Shown piece after piece: positions 1 through 14,003 of a DNA stretch of 64,000 nt. The notes beneath the pieces are model-generated. The model ran no database searches. It was not told the DNA's origin and was given only the letters and a program-made list of their open reading frames with translations. Every line of letters begins with the position of its first letter. Position 1 is the stretch's first letter. The position numbers and the translations under genes were made by a program. The stretch is from Gracilinanus agilis (Eukaryota): contig NC_058133.1 of the NCBI RefSeq assembly GCF_016433145.1, positions 474,839,660 to 474,903,659 of the forward strand, written 5' to 3'.

Positions 1-4
1 AATA

Positions 5-7
<3 letters not shown>

Positions 8-45
<38 letters not shown>
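8..45. repeat. (TA)n microsatellite
   Basis: Direct read of a TA dinucleotide run. Confidence 0.95.
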
Positions 46-51
<6 letters not shown>

Positions 52-1994
52 CACAAATCAAAATAATCATCCTAGTACAGATTTATATGGGACTTCAAAG
101 TTTTCAAAATGCTTTATCATTGTTAGAGCTCATTATATGCTCACAATTGTCCTGTGAAAGGGCATAATGCAATATTTGGGGGTGGGGAAGGTCTTTTCCC
201 CCCCATTTTTCTTTTATCATTCAGGCCCTCTATCCCTCCCCTCCCCACACCATAGAAGGTATCATCTGGCAGAATATATAGATTATATCTTTCCTATTTT
301 CACTTCTCAGTTCATTCTCTGGAAGTGAGCATTCACAAGTTATTCTTCAGATATCAAATCTCTAGGTATATATAATGTTCTCTTGGTTCTGTTCATTTCC
401 CTCTTCATTATCTCATGTCGTTCTTTTCAAGGTTTTAAAAAATTAATATGCTCATCACTTTCTTATGCTGTATATTGCAATATTTATGATGACCATTTTA
501 CAGATGAGGAAATGGAGATTCAAAGAGGGTAGTGGTTGCCGTGGGCACACAACTAATAAGTGTTGGCACATAAGATTCAAACCCAACCTTTTCCGTGACT
601 CCTAGTCTAGTACTCATTCTGCTACTTATTAACATCAGACAATAAATGCTAAATTATTGAATTTATCAATGAAAAGGTTCTAAGGATTTAGGTGAGAGAA
701 CAATCATTATGGGATTTGTTGATCGTGGAAAATGTTAGAGAAAACTACTTTCTCTCCCTCCTCAGATGTGCATATCCCCAATACTTTGATAGTGCAAACT
801 CCTTAGTACAGCATTCAAGGCCACCTACAATCTTGCCACAATCTACCTTTCTATCCGTATTTCCGACTCAGTTTCATATGTACTTTTCCTCCAATCCTAC
901 CTTTTCTGGCTCTGAAATGAGCTTTGAACCTTTGTTCAAGCTGTTTGTTGCTAGAATGCTAGAACCTGCCTCCCCCAAATTCTACCCATTCTTTAAGATT
1001 CAAGATTCAATTCTTTAAGATTCCCACTTTGCAGGATCCTAAATCCTAATCATCAGATCCTAAATTTAGAGGCATGACCTGATTCAGAATGGAATAGGAC
1101 TTCTGAAGTCATCAGATCCAGTGCCCTCATTTAACAAATGAGGAAAATGATGTACAGAGGAAGTAATATGATTTATCCATGGTCCCACAGGTAATAAGTG
1201 ACTGAGTTGATTTTGGAACCCTGGTCCCTTCCAGAAGCAGCATTTTTCCCACAGTACCACAATGCTTCTTTCATAGCTTTAAGCAAGTCCTATCCTATAG
1301 AGAACATATTATTTTTAAGGTTTATGGATAGGAAAGAAATTTATGAGTCAAGAAGAAATGGAGAGCATTGTGAGATGTAAAATGGATAATATTGAGTACA
1401 TTAAGTTGAAAAGGTTTTGTACAAATAAAGTAATGTTGCCAAGATAAGGAAGAAAGAAGAAAATTGGGGGGGGCAATGCAAAAATTATAGACAGTCTCTC
1501 AATCCTGTCTATCTCAGAGTCTCATCTAAAATATAGAGATAACTCAGTCAAATGTATAAGAATAAGAGCCATCCCCCAATCGACAAATGGGCAAAAGACA
1601 TGGACAATTATTGGATGAAGAAATCAAAGGCATATGCATGTATAGGAGGAAATGCTCTAAATCACTAAATTGCTGATTAGAGAAATGCACACCAATAATC
1701 TCATCAGTTTGGCTAAAATGACAAATGCTGAAGGGGATGTGGGAAAATTGGGGTGCTAATACACTGTTAGTAGACCTGTGAAGTGATCCAACCATTTTAG
1801 AGAGGAATTTGGAATCACACCCAGAGAGTTATAAAACTGTGTGTATACCCTCAAACCCAACAAACATTGCTAGGTCTGTTTCCCAAGAACATCAGGAAAA
1901 AAAGGAAAAAACCCTCTATGTTCTAAAATATTTATAGCAGCTTTCTTTGTGGTGGCAAAGAATTAGAAATTGAGGAGATGCCCATCAATTGGGG

Positions 1995-2201
1995 CAGGGG
2001 TCGGCAACGTATGGCTCTCAAGTCATATCTGGCTCTTTTGAGGGCCAGATATGGCTCTTTCTGCAGGAGTCATAAAGTCAATTTTTTTTCAGGCGCTGTT
2101 ATAGGAGCGCCCACTGGGATCACTGTACGGCTCTCACAAAATTATATTTTTAAAAATGTGGCGTTTGTGGCTCTCCTGGCCAAAAAGGTTGCCGACCCCT
2201 G
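1995..2201 (+). mobile_element. hAT/Charlie-type non-autonomous DNA transposon (MITE), 207 bp
   Basis: 14-bp TIRs CAGGGGTCGGCAAC...GTTGCCGACCCCTG and a perfect 8-bp TSD AATTGGGG (1987-1994, 2202-2209). Confidence 0.93.
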
Positions 2202-2375
2202 AATTGGGGAATGCCTAAACAAAGTGTGGTATGTGATTGTGCCATAAGAAACAATGAGCAGGCTAATTTTCAAAAAAAACTTGGAAAGAACTATATGGGA
2301 TAATGAACAGGGAAATGAGTAGAACCAAGAGAACATTATACACAGCTACACATTTAATACTTGAAGAATAACCTG

Positions 2376-2633
2376 TGTATAGTTGGAAATCTTGAATCCC
2401 TAAAACTATATTACCCAAACTTCCTTTCTGTATTACCAACAATTCCTTTTCCTTTCTGTTTTCATGCGTCTTTTTCGTTATTGTATATAAGTTTGGGGTA
2501 ATGCCCCTCTAGCTCTCTCTTCCATGTGAAGTGAGTAGGGTTCTCTGTGTTCTCTAGCTCTCTAGTTAAATATTAATAAATCTCTATAAATATTATACTT
2601 TGGAGATATTGAATATTAATTTTAAAATCCACA
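2376..2633 (+). mobile_element. Solo LTR (ERV1-like), 258 bp
   Basis: TG...CA ends, 4-bp TSD CCTG (2372-2375, 2634-2637), internal TATA-like 'gtatataag' and AATAAA near the 3' end. Confidence 0.75.
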
Positions 2634-5565
2634 CCTGTGAATGTCATTCAAGAATAAACTGAAAAATGGATAATATATACAAAAGAAGTCATATAGCACT
2701 TTGTACTCTTCATGATCTTTAGTCCAGTGATTCTGGCCTCCTACTGTTCCATGAACAAGACACTGTCTCTCATCTCCAAGCATTTTCCTTAGTCCCCTTG
2801 CCTGGAATAGTCTGGCTTCTCCACTCTGACTACTGATTTCCCTGGCTTCCTTTGAAGTCCTAATTAAAATCCTACCTTCTATAAGAAGCCTTCACCAACC
2901 TCTCTTAATTCTAGTGCCTTTACTCTGTTAATCCTCTCCTACTGATCTTGTATATAGACAGCTTTGTATACATTTGTTTTCATGTTAGCTCCCTCATTAG
3001 GTTATAAGTTCCTTAATGGCAAAGACTTAGGCACTTTAAAAAAAAAAAAAAACCTTTTGCCTTCAAAGAGACCGAAAATCCTGGGTTCAAATCCGACCTC
3101 AGACACTTCCTACTTATTCAGATCTAATAACTCTCAACCTCCCATCTCATATAATCCAGAATTATCTCTAAGTGCCTATTGCACATGTCAAAATGGACAG
3201 TTCCATAGACACCCTAACAAATCTGAATGCATGATCTCCCTGTCCCAAAGTGCTTCACTATCAACTTAGTCCTAACTCCTTAGTCCTCCAGACTTATAAT
3301 TAAGGTGTCATCTTTGTCTTCTCACTCTCTCTTAGCCCCTACATCCAATATTTACCTGTATCGTCCCTTCTCACCTCTGACATTGACACCTTCTCGTCTT
3401 CCACCTTGCTGTCCAATTTTTCTAAATACCTCAGTTGATCCTACAACAACCCTAAAAAGTAGATGCTATTATAATCCTCATGTTACAGAGGAGGAAACTA
3501 AGGCAGACAGAGGTTAAGTGATTTGTCTGGGGGTTACCCAGCTAGCAAGTGTCTAAGGCTAGATTTGAACTTAGATCCTCTTGATTCCAGGATCAGAATG
3601 CTATTCTATTGTACCATACCTCCAACATCAAATATAAAATCTTCCAGCTTTTAAAGTTCTTCCTAACCAAGTCCCTTCCTACTTTTCTGGTCTCTTTATA
3701 CTTCACTCCCCCTTCCACGTACATTGGTCTCTTTGCTATTCTTTTCTCACACTAAACTCCATCTCTGGACCTCATGCCTTTGCACTGACTATGATCCCCA
3801 TGCCAGGAATTTTCTCCCTCATTCCTCATTATCTTTGCCTTCTGGCTTTCCTGGCTTCCTTCATACTAAAGTCCCATCTTTTTCAAGAAGCCTTTCCCAA
3901 TCATCCCTAACAATAGTACTTTCCCATGGTTGATTATCTCCAATTTATCTCATTTGTATATAGCTATATATTGCCTTTCCCTTTAGATTGTGAGTTCATT
4001 GAGAACAGAATTATTTTTTGCTTTTCTTTGTACCCCTAAGGCTTAGCACAGTCCCTGGCACATGCTGAGTGCTTAATAAATCTCTGTTGACTTGACAAGA
4101 CTTCCAGGGCTTCATTCAAACACTTCCTTTAACTTTTACCCTTAGCACAGCACTTCACACTTAATAAATGTCCTGAGTAAAAGATTATTGATTCGATTTC
4201 TATGTGTCAACTCAAATTCTTCTTTTGCTTCACACTTTACTTGGCACAGGGCTTGTCGAGATAATAAACTTTAAGCTCTTTAAAAATTTATTTATCCTAT
4301 TACAGGTTTTCTTTTTCTGTTAACACCTTGTTTCTACCTTATAAAAACTCAAACTGACACCAGGCTGATCCAAACCCAATGACTTTGACAACCCACTAAG
4401 CAACTTCCCCCAGATTTATTATAACTAGCCCACTGTTCAACGAAAATTCAAGATAAAACATCTGCTTTATTTTCATCTGATCAAAGTCCCTTCTTAATCA
4501 AGCCTTTGACAGCCTGCTTGGCCTTCATTATTCCAGGATTTAGGCTTATTTCCTAGTGGGTGATTAACCCAATTACTAGAGTCCCTTAAAAGGAATTCCT
4601 CAGTGCTATTATTCTCTAAGAATAGAGAGGCCACTGCTGGGTGGGCTTTCATCTCCTCACAACACTATCCTTTCTCAGTATATTTAATGAAATAACTCCA
4701 GAAAGCAATACTCTATAGGTAACAACTATCTCACTTCCAATCATCCTAAAATATTAATTTTTTTTCAAATTAATTCTAAAACCCAGGAGGCCCCATAATG
4801 GATTTTTAAAAAGAATCCTATGTTCTGAATCTAATTTATCCTCTTATTTATTATAATGCATTTTCACTACTTTGCAAAGAGGACCCCTTTATATGGATAC
4901 TTTTAACACCTCAAGTATTTCCTAAGTAAAAAAGGGAGATTTTATCTAGAAAAGTGGTCGCCACACTTTGTCATTGTACAGGTCTCTAAGTAAAAAACCT
5001 TGATCACACTTCTAGATATGTATTTATGTACTGATTTACAAATTGTACGTATGTACCAATAATTAAGTATCTTACAAAGCTTACACAAAATTATACAAAA
5101 TATGAGAAAGAGGAAATAATATTTTATTCTATAGTCAATAGGGAGTGACTAGAGTTTGCTAGGTAAGCATGAGTAGATCTGTGCTTTATGAAAATTCTTT
5201 TGGTAGGCGTATAGAGGATGGATTGGAAAAAAAGCAAAGGGTAATTAGGAAATTATTCAAACACTCCAAGAGAAAACCCCTGATGAGGGCCTGAACTAAA
5301 GTAGTTAACTAAGTAGCATCTGAGAAGTAAACAAAGTATGGATGCAAAAAATTTAGTAGAGGTAAAAATGACAAGAGTTGTTGATCAATTAGATATGTGT
5401 GGAGAATGATGAGTCAAAGAAACTAGCAGGTTACTGAAAAGATGATGGTGCCCTCAATAGAACAGGGAAATTCAGAAGAGGGACAGGATTAGGATGAAAA
5501 GTAACATAATCCCAACCACACTGATCATCTTGTGCTAGCTACATTTTTTTTAAACCCCTACCTTC

Positions 5566-6240
5566 TTTTTTTATTATTAATTTTTTTTATTTTTAGAAAA
5601 ATTTTCCATGGTTACATGATTCATGTTTTTACTTTCCCCTTCACCCCCTCAAATTCCCCCACACACATAACTAACTCGCATTTCCACTGGTTTTAACATG
5701 TGTCATCAATCAAGACTTAGGTACATATTATTGATAGTTGCATTGGTGTAGTCCTTTCAGGTCTACATCCCCAATCATGTCCTCATCAATTCAAGTGTTC
5801 AAGTAGTTGTTTTTCTTCTGTGTTTCCTCTCCTGTAGTTCTTCCTCTGAATGTGGGTAGTGTTCTTTTCCATAAATCCCTCAGAATTGTCCTGGGTCATT
5901 GCATTGCTGTTAGTACAGAAGTCCATTACATTCGATTTTACCACAGTGTATCAGTCTCTGTGTACAACATTTTTCTGGCTCTGCTCCTTTCATTCTGCAT
6001 CAATTCCTGGAGGTCTTTCCAGTTCGCATGGATTTCCTCCACTTTATTATTCCTTTGAGTACAATAGTATTCCATCACCAACATATACCACAATTTGTTC
6101 GGCCATTCCCCAATTGAAGGGCATACCCTCGATTTCCAATTTTTTGCCACCTCAAAGCACTCAGCTATAAATATTTTTGTACAAGTCTGTTTATCTATGA
6201 TCTCTTCGGAGTACAAACCCAGCAATGGTATGGCTGGATG
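5566..6240 (-). mobile_element. LINE-1 3' fragment, antisense
   Basis: Starts at a T-rich tail. Its reverse complement resembles L1 at 1378-2700 and 30945-32050 (ORF track 5938-6225 gives L1 ORF2-like 'TKIFIAECFEVAKNWK...CPSIGEWPNKLWY'). Confidence 0.85.
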
Positions 6241-7120
6241 ACTCTACGCTGGAAGGGTAAATTTGAATCCAGGTCCTTTGGACTCCAGCTCTGGCACGTT
6301 CTCCTTTGTGGCACCTAACTGCCCCTGTTTACCTTTCCATTAAGGGTTACTCAACTACTTATGGTAATGGGAAGCTATAATAGATAAGTGTCCTATGCAT
6401 TTGTTTTGGTTAAGGTTATGACCTGACCACCCAAGCCCAGCTGGGCTTGTCTCCAATACAACCATGCCAATCCTTATCCTCCAATCTCTCCATCCCCCCA
6501 TCTTTCCTTGTCAACTTCCCCTCAGAAACTCAAATCCAGCCTCTTAGGAGAATTCTAATCTGATCACTAACCAAGGTACCCACAGCAGCAGCTACTGCCA
6601 TTCCAAAAATCTCCTCCACACACCCCTCAAACCAGTCCCCTGTTTTTCAGATGACCTTGTGACTATGGCAAGCTTCCTGAAGAAGGTGGGTTTTGCCCTT
6701 CAGAACATTGACTAAGAAGCCCACCTCTCCTCTTTTAAGTGACTGAATGGCACAGGATGAACAGGCTGAGATGGATTATGAGTTTCATACAAATTTCATT
6801 ACATTTTCTCCCCCCTCACCTACTCTTCTAACCTTTTTGCTTGTTGTCAAGGACACCAGCATTCTTCTTCCAGTCACTCACATTCACAGCCTAGGTGTCA
6901 TCTGTCTCTTTCTCTCTCCCTATTATCCATTCAGTTGCCAAATCTTGTTATTTCTACTTCCACAGCATATCCTGCATCCACCCCCCACATTATGATGCCT
7001 CCACCTGAGTTCATGCCTTGATCCACTTTTGCCTATGCTATTACAATGACCACTAATTGGTCCCCCTGACTTAAGTCTGATCCCTCTCCATTCCATCCTC
7101 CAAACAGGTCCCAAAATGAT

Positions 7121-7318
7121 TTTTTTTTACCCTTATCTTCCATCTTAGAATCAATACTGGGCACTGGTTCCAAGGCAGAATGGTTAGGGCTAGGCAATGT
7201 GGGTTAAGTGACTTGCCCAGGGTCACACAGCTAGGAAGTGTCTGAGGCCAGATTTGAACCTAGGACCTCTCATCTTTAGGCCTGACTCTCAATCCAAGGA
7301 GCCACTCAGCAGCTCCTA
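7121..7318 (-). mobile_element. SINE1_Mdo-like tRNA-derived SINE
   Basis: Reverse complement of the family consensus (GGGCAGCT...GTGTGACCCTGGGCAAGTCACTT...AAGGGTTTAAAA). Ends approximate. Confidence 0.85.
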
Positions 7319-8226
7319 GGAAACAAATTCTTAGAGAATATCAGCCAACCACAACGGGCACATAAACTGTTTTTGCAAACATTTGTCTGAAGGCAAAGTC
7401 AAATGGGCTTAATATTGGACTAGGAGGAAGCTAAAATAAATGCAAAAAGAATAGTTGATTTGGGAGAACTCAAGTCTAGGGTTTCCATAAGACCAACTAT
7501 AACATCAATGAGCCTTTCTATGTCTGAAAGAAGTTGCTTATTCCTGGGACACATGAAAAAAAAAAAAAATGTTACTGACTAGGATGGGATGTTAGCTGTC
7601 GACAAAAGTAGGTTAAATAATTTGTCCAAATTGGCAATTACTAGAAAAGGTAGGATTTGAATATAGGCCCTCCAACTGTCAGGCCTATCTATGCTTTTCC
7701 CAAAGTCCATCAGTGGAGGTATAGGAAATCTCTAGCATTCTAGTGACAAAATAGTGATTTCTGTATGAAAACCCTTATCTAAAACTCAATAAACCCTTCC
7801 CAGGCCTGAAATTGTTCCCCCACCCCACTCTACCATCTGGATGAGGTCAATAACTACCCTATTTTTAGGGCTGAACTAATAAATATCTAGGATTAGATAT
7901 ATATTGTGTCTCTTTGTCATGTTTTCTTTTATTTAGGTTCTCTTCAGTGGAGGAAAAGAACAATTGCATTTGTTAAAGATGACTTAGATGGATCTCTTCT
8001 TGATAGATATCCCTAAAATAGCCTTCTATAGTGAATCCTATATCCTAAGGCTCTGGGTATTTATTTTTTTTCCTTTCATAGAATTCTCTTGCATTCTTAC
8101 AAATGGGCCACTAGAAACTCTAGACCATTCATCTATGTTAACCACTTTCTTTTACTGATGAGAAACTAGAATTTCAAGGGAAATGATTTAATGAAGTTCT
8201 CCCGGTCTTCTAAATATTAATTCTCA

Positions 8227-8391
8227 GGGCAACTCAGTGGATTGAGAGCCAGGCCTAGAGACAGGAGGTCCTGGGTTCAAATATGACCTCAGACACTTCC
8301 CAGCAATGTGACCCTGGGCAAGTCACTTAATCCCCATTGTCTAGCCCTTAATGCTCTTCTGCAGTAGATAAGGGTTTAAAAAAAAAAAAGT
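8227..8391 (+). mobile_element. SINE1_Mdo-like SINE
   Basis: Family core plus A tail; near-perfect flanking TSD taaat(a/g)ttaattct. Confidence 0.85.
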
Positions 8392-8674
8392 AAATGTTAA
8401 TTCTATAGGCTAGTCATTTCTATACTTTCTGGATTCCATATCACTACCAGTAAGACATTTTTCAGTGTGACCTCACTGTGGGTACACTTACACATTATAT
8501 AAGGTTCTACTGTACTAATAATTATAAGCATTATAGAATTTACATCAGAAATAGAAATTAGAAAGGTATGAGATAAAAATTAAATATTTGATCCTAGAGC
8601 CAATAGAGTGCTGGAGTCTATTGAGTAGAAGTGTGACATAGTCATATCATATTATTAAGAAAATCATTTTGGTA

Positions 8675-8848
8675 GGGGCAGCTGGGTGACTCAGTGGATT
8701 AAAAGCCAGGTCTGGAGAGGGGGGGTCGTGGGTTCAAATCTGTCCTCAGACACTTCCTAGCTTTATGACCCCAGACAAGTCACTTAACCCCCATTGCCTA
8801 GCCCTTACCATTCTGCCTTGGAACCAGTGCACAGTATTGATTCTAAGG

Positions 8849-8879
<31 letters not shown>
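8675..8879 (+). mobile_element. SINE1_Mdo-like SINE
   Basis: Full-length head, core and long poly(A) tail. Confidence 0.88.
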
Positions 8880-8883
<4 letters not shown>

Positions 8884-9879
8884 ACTTTCTTTACTTCAAA
8901 CCAATTGAAGAAAGTGAGAGACAAAGTAGGGGAAAAGTCTCCGGGGAAGGATTTTCTTCCCCAGCAGTTCCTTTGAACTTCAATGAAATTCATTTGAAAG
9001 GGGAATTTGGTTTAATGGAAGATACCCTCTGGCGGAGGAGGGGAAGAGTAAAATACTTTCACTAGTCCTCGGATTCTCGTTTCTTTTAACTGTGCCTGGC
9101 ACTTAGCAGGCATTTAATAAATACTGATTGTTTATTTTACAAGGTGAAAGCTCTGCAGTAGTTTGGTGCTAAAGAACACGTACCGGTTCCATCCTGTGAG
9201 ACATTCAGAAATTAATTGTGCAAAAAGAATATTCTTGAACCCACTGCTGACTAGAAATGGAGTAGGGGGATGAACACCTGTTAGATACGTCGTTCAATTA
9301 AATGCACGCACAGAATCCACAGAAAATACAGTACTGTAGTAGCAAGGTAGAGGAAAGTTCGTCAGACTCAGAAGTTGTCCAGTGAAGGGAGAGTGACAGT
9401 ATTCGTTAGCCAATTCGAAAATAGCGAGGGACTTTCGAATTTTAGTATAGTCCAATAGCAAGACTCAAGTGGCTTGGAGGTTTTGCTGCAGAAAGCAAGT
9501 GCAGCATGCCTATCCGTCGCTGTCGCCACACAACACCCCCCCCCCCCAAGAGCCCTGTTTGAACCCCAGAAATTTTTCAGATCTTAAAAAACAGTAATGT
9601 GATCGTCAGTACAGTACTTCCTATGCCGATGCTCATCAGCTCGAAAGTAGCAGCGACTCAAAGCTAACAAGAAAACGGTTATGCAAATATGATCCACTAA
9701 CCCCAAAATATCCCAGACCCTGCAAGGGACGCAGTTCCAAGGCTGCTCAAGTTTTACCAGCCAGTAATACTTACATGGGTACTAAGTGTATTTCTGTTAC
9801 TTATAATGGCACCCCTAAGAAAGCAATGAAGAAATGCCTGCACGATCAAGTTAAAGCTCTTTTTCCGGATAAGGTAGGT

Positions 9880-9895
9880 GGCTCTGAAAAGAGCC
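9880..9895 (-). terminator. Histone 3' stem-loop of the minus-strand H2B
   Basis: Minus strand reads GGCTCTTTTCAGAGCC then ACC; purine-rich HDE AAAAAGAGCT at 9855-9864. Confidence 0.95.
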
Positions 9896-9934
9896 TTTTG
9901 GGTGAGGGAAGTCTGCCTCTTNNNNNNNNNNNNN

Positions 9935-10315
9935 NNNNNNNNNNNNNNNNNNNNNNNNNNNNNNNNNNNNNNNNNNNNNNNNNNNNNNNNNNNNNNNNNN
10001 NNNNNNNNNNNNNNNNNNNNNNNNNNNNNNNNNNNNNNNNNNNNNNNNNNNNNNNNNNNNNNNNNNNNNNNNNNNNNNNNNNNNNNNNNNNNNNNNNNNN
10101 NNNNNNNNNNNNNNNNNNNNNNNNNNNNNNNNNNNNNNNNNNNNNNNNNNNNNNNNNNNNNNNNNNNNNNNNNNNNNNNNNNNNNNNNNNNNNNNNNNNN
10201 NNNNNNNNNNNNNNNNNNNNNNNNNNNNNNNNNNNNNNNNNNNNNNNNNNNNNNNNNNCACAGCTTTCTTGGAGCCCTTTTTGGGGGCGGGAGCAGACTT
10301 GGCCGGTTCGGGCAT
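9935..10315 (-). CDS. H2BC21: Replication-dependent histone H2B (positional orthologue of H2BC21/HIST2H2BE); body N-masked at 9922-10258
   Basis: ATG at 10315 gives [19 protein letters not shown]. Stem-loop downstream, octamer and TATA upstream. The end coordinate assumes 126 aa. The symbol rests on synteny (divergent partner of the H2AC20-like gene). Confidence 0.8.
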
Positions 10316-11034
<719 letters not shown>

Positions 11035-11077
11035 TTAGTTCGGCTGTAAAAATTGCACGTTAACACCAAAGACAAAA

Positions 11078-11093
11078 GGCTCTTTTAAGAGCC
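11078..11093 (+). terminator. Histone 3' stem-loop of the plus-strand H2A
   Basis: GGCTCTTTTAAGAGCC, with HDE-like AAAGGAAGAGCTG about 13 nt downstream. Confidence 0.95.
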
Positions 11094-11198
11094 ATCAATT
11101 ACATCAAAGGAAGAGCTGGCATACATTAATTTACCAATACCATTTTTTTTAATTTCGCTTATTAGTGATAGTAGCCCCTTAATCTGATAGGTGAGGGT

Positions 11199-11214
11199 GG
11201 CTCTTAAAAGAGCC
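11199..11214 (-). terminator. Histone 3' stem-loop of the minus-strand H2A
   Basis: Minus strand reads GGCTCTTTTAAGAGCC then ACCC; HDE-like AAGGGGCT downstream. Confidence 0.95.
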
Positions 11215-11256
11215 GTTTGGGGGGGGTGGAGGGACAAATCTAGTCCCCCTTAACGT

Positions 11257-12366
<1,110 letters not shown>

Positions 12367-12405
12367 NNNNNNNNNNNNGGAGTCACCGACTTCCCACGAA
12401 ACAAA

Positions 12406-12421
12406 GGCTCTTTTCAGAGCC
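12406..12421 (+). terminator. Histone 3' stem-loop of the plus-strand H2B
   Basis: GGCTCTTTTCAGAGCC then ACCCA; HDE AAAAAGAGG at about 12436-12444. Confidence 0.95.
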
Positions 12422-12879
12422 ACCCACTTTGTCAGAAAAAGAGGCTATTCACTTAATGTCAAAACAAAACATGATTTCTTTTAACTGTCTTATCGTTTAA
12501 TGTTGGGAAAGCTGGGGGGGAGTTATGTTTACAGAGAACACGAATAATTGCGTTCTGCTAAAGCAGGTCGACTACGCTATGTGACAAATGAAATCTGTGA
12601 ATGTCGCCATTCATTTTTCAGTTTTGCCCCCATTATGGGGAGTAGACCAGCAATTTTGTTAATGGGTCATTTCTGCTCACAGAATTCTGAAAACGGGCAA
12701 GCACATTTACAATTAACGTTTCTTATTTCCTGTACTCTGGTTAAGTAACTTGCCCCAGGGGATAAGGCGTTTTAAAATCTACCCTAGTTCAAACGGGGGC
12801 TCTACGCCACGTTGCCTCCAGCTCTCCTAATCGACTTATTTTTTAATAAAGGTCTGCATTCTGTCCCTGCTTATCCATC

Positions 12880-13700
12880 CTCGCGAGACTGCGTGGTGTA
12901 AAAGGGATTGAGCGCTAGCTGCCTGCCAGTCGGGACTTGCCGGTTTTTAAAAACCTGCCTCATACCAGCTACCTAGTGTTTAATCCTGGGCATGTTGTTT
13001 ATCCTTAAACCTGTAGGCAATTCTCTAGGACTAGTAGCGAAGCGGACCTGCATTGGTAGGTGCGTTCCTAATTGGTAGGGGTACTTCGCTATGCCAGTGA
13101 AATCACAGGACCGTTCTCTATCCTATCCCTGAAACACCAGGCGCATTGTGGGAACTGGCGGGAAAGCCTTCTCTTCTTGAACGCTTTTCCTTCCCAAGAA
13201 CAACCTATTTTCCTCACGGCCTTTTTCCCCACCACCACCACCACCCTTCCTGTAGTAAGCAGAAAGGAATTAATTTCTTAACAACCTTTCTCCACGTTTT
13301 ATGGAGGCAGATATGGTCCTTATCCCTCGGACCCTATTATGATACGGTAAAGGGAAAGTTGTCCCCCAACTTGCCCGCTTTCAATTCCCAGTCATAACTC
13401 CTAAGAGAGATACTGGGGGGCATGGACCTGTGAATGTCGGAGAGGCTTCGGAGAAGACACTGGTCTGTCCCTTTTTCGATTGGTTTTTATCCTGCTGAAG
13501 ATACATAAAGAGGGAAAAAAGGATAGTGGCAAAGGAGTGCTTCCTGCCCTTTGGAGTTCGAAGAAGCCGAGCCACAGCGCTTAGAATGTTCAAAGTGGAA
13601 CTGGATGGGGCTCGCCCACCCCACCCCTCTTCCTCCAACACTAGGGGATTGGGGGATCAATGAGTGTAAAAGTGTTCCAGCTGCTGGGCTCCTCGTCTGC
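12880..13700. promoter_or_regulatory. CpG-rich promoter-like element with no adjacent gene
   Basis: CpGs retained; ATTGG at 13052 and 13071; ZNF143/SBS-like 13141-13157; E2F GGCGGGAAA 13157-13165; CAATTCCCAG 13382-13391. Confidence 0.55.
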
Positions 13701-14003
13701 TCAGACAAAAAGTCTGGGCTCCTTGAAGCTATGTGGAACTGGGTAGGCTCATACAGGAAGCCTCTAGGCTGAAGAACTCTGGAAATAAAGATATGAAGAC
13801 TATGAAACCCTGAGCCCAAGAACCTTCCCTCAGAGACTCTCAGCCAGCAATACTTATGACTGAAAATGTCATACTTTAAACAAAAAGCAAAAGAATCCTT
13901 TTTCTTTCCAATGGGTCCTGAATTTCATCTCCTTCCATTCCTATTTCATACGTTCCACAAGATGAGAGATGGCTTAATTTAATAGAAAATAAAGGGGGCG
14001 GTT

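Larger units (their letters stand above)
1378..2700 (+). mobile_element. Degraded LINE-1 3' fragment (ORF2 end and 3'UTR), interrupted by a hAT MITE and a solo LTR
   Basis: L1-typical text such as 'aaaaggttttgtacaaataaa', 'tatttatagcagctttctttgtggtggcaaagaattagaaattgagg' and 'aaagtgtggtatgtgattgtg'. Boundaries are approximate. Confidence 0.8.

Noticed and set aside
5807-6225. ORFs within L1 fragments
   Set aside because: Degraded, 5'-truncated ORF2 remnants that cannot encode a functional protein.
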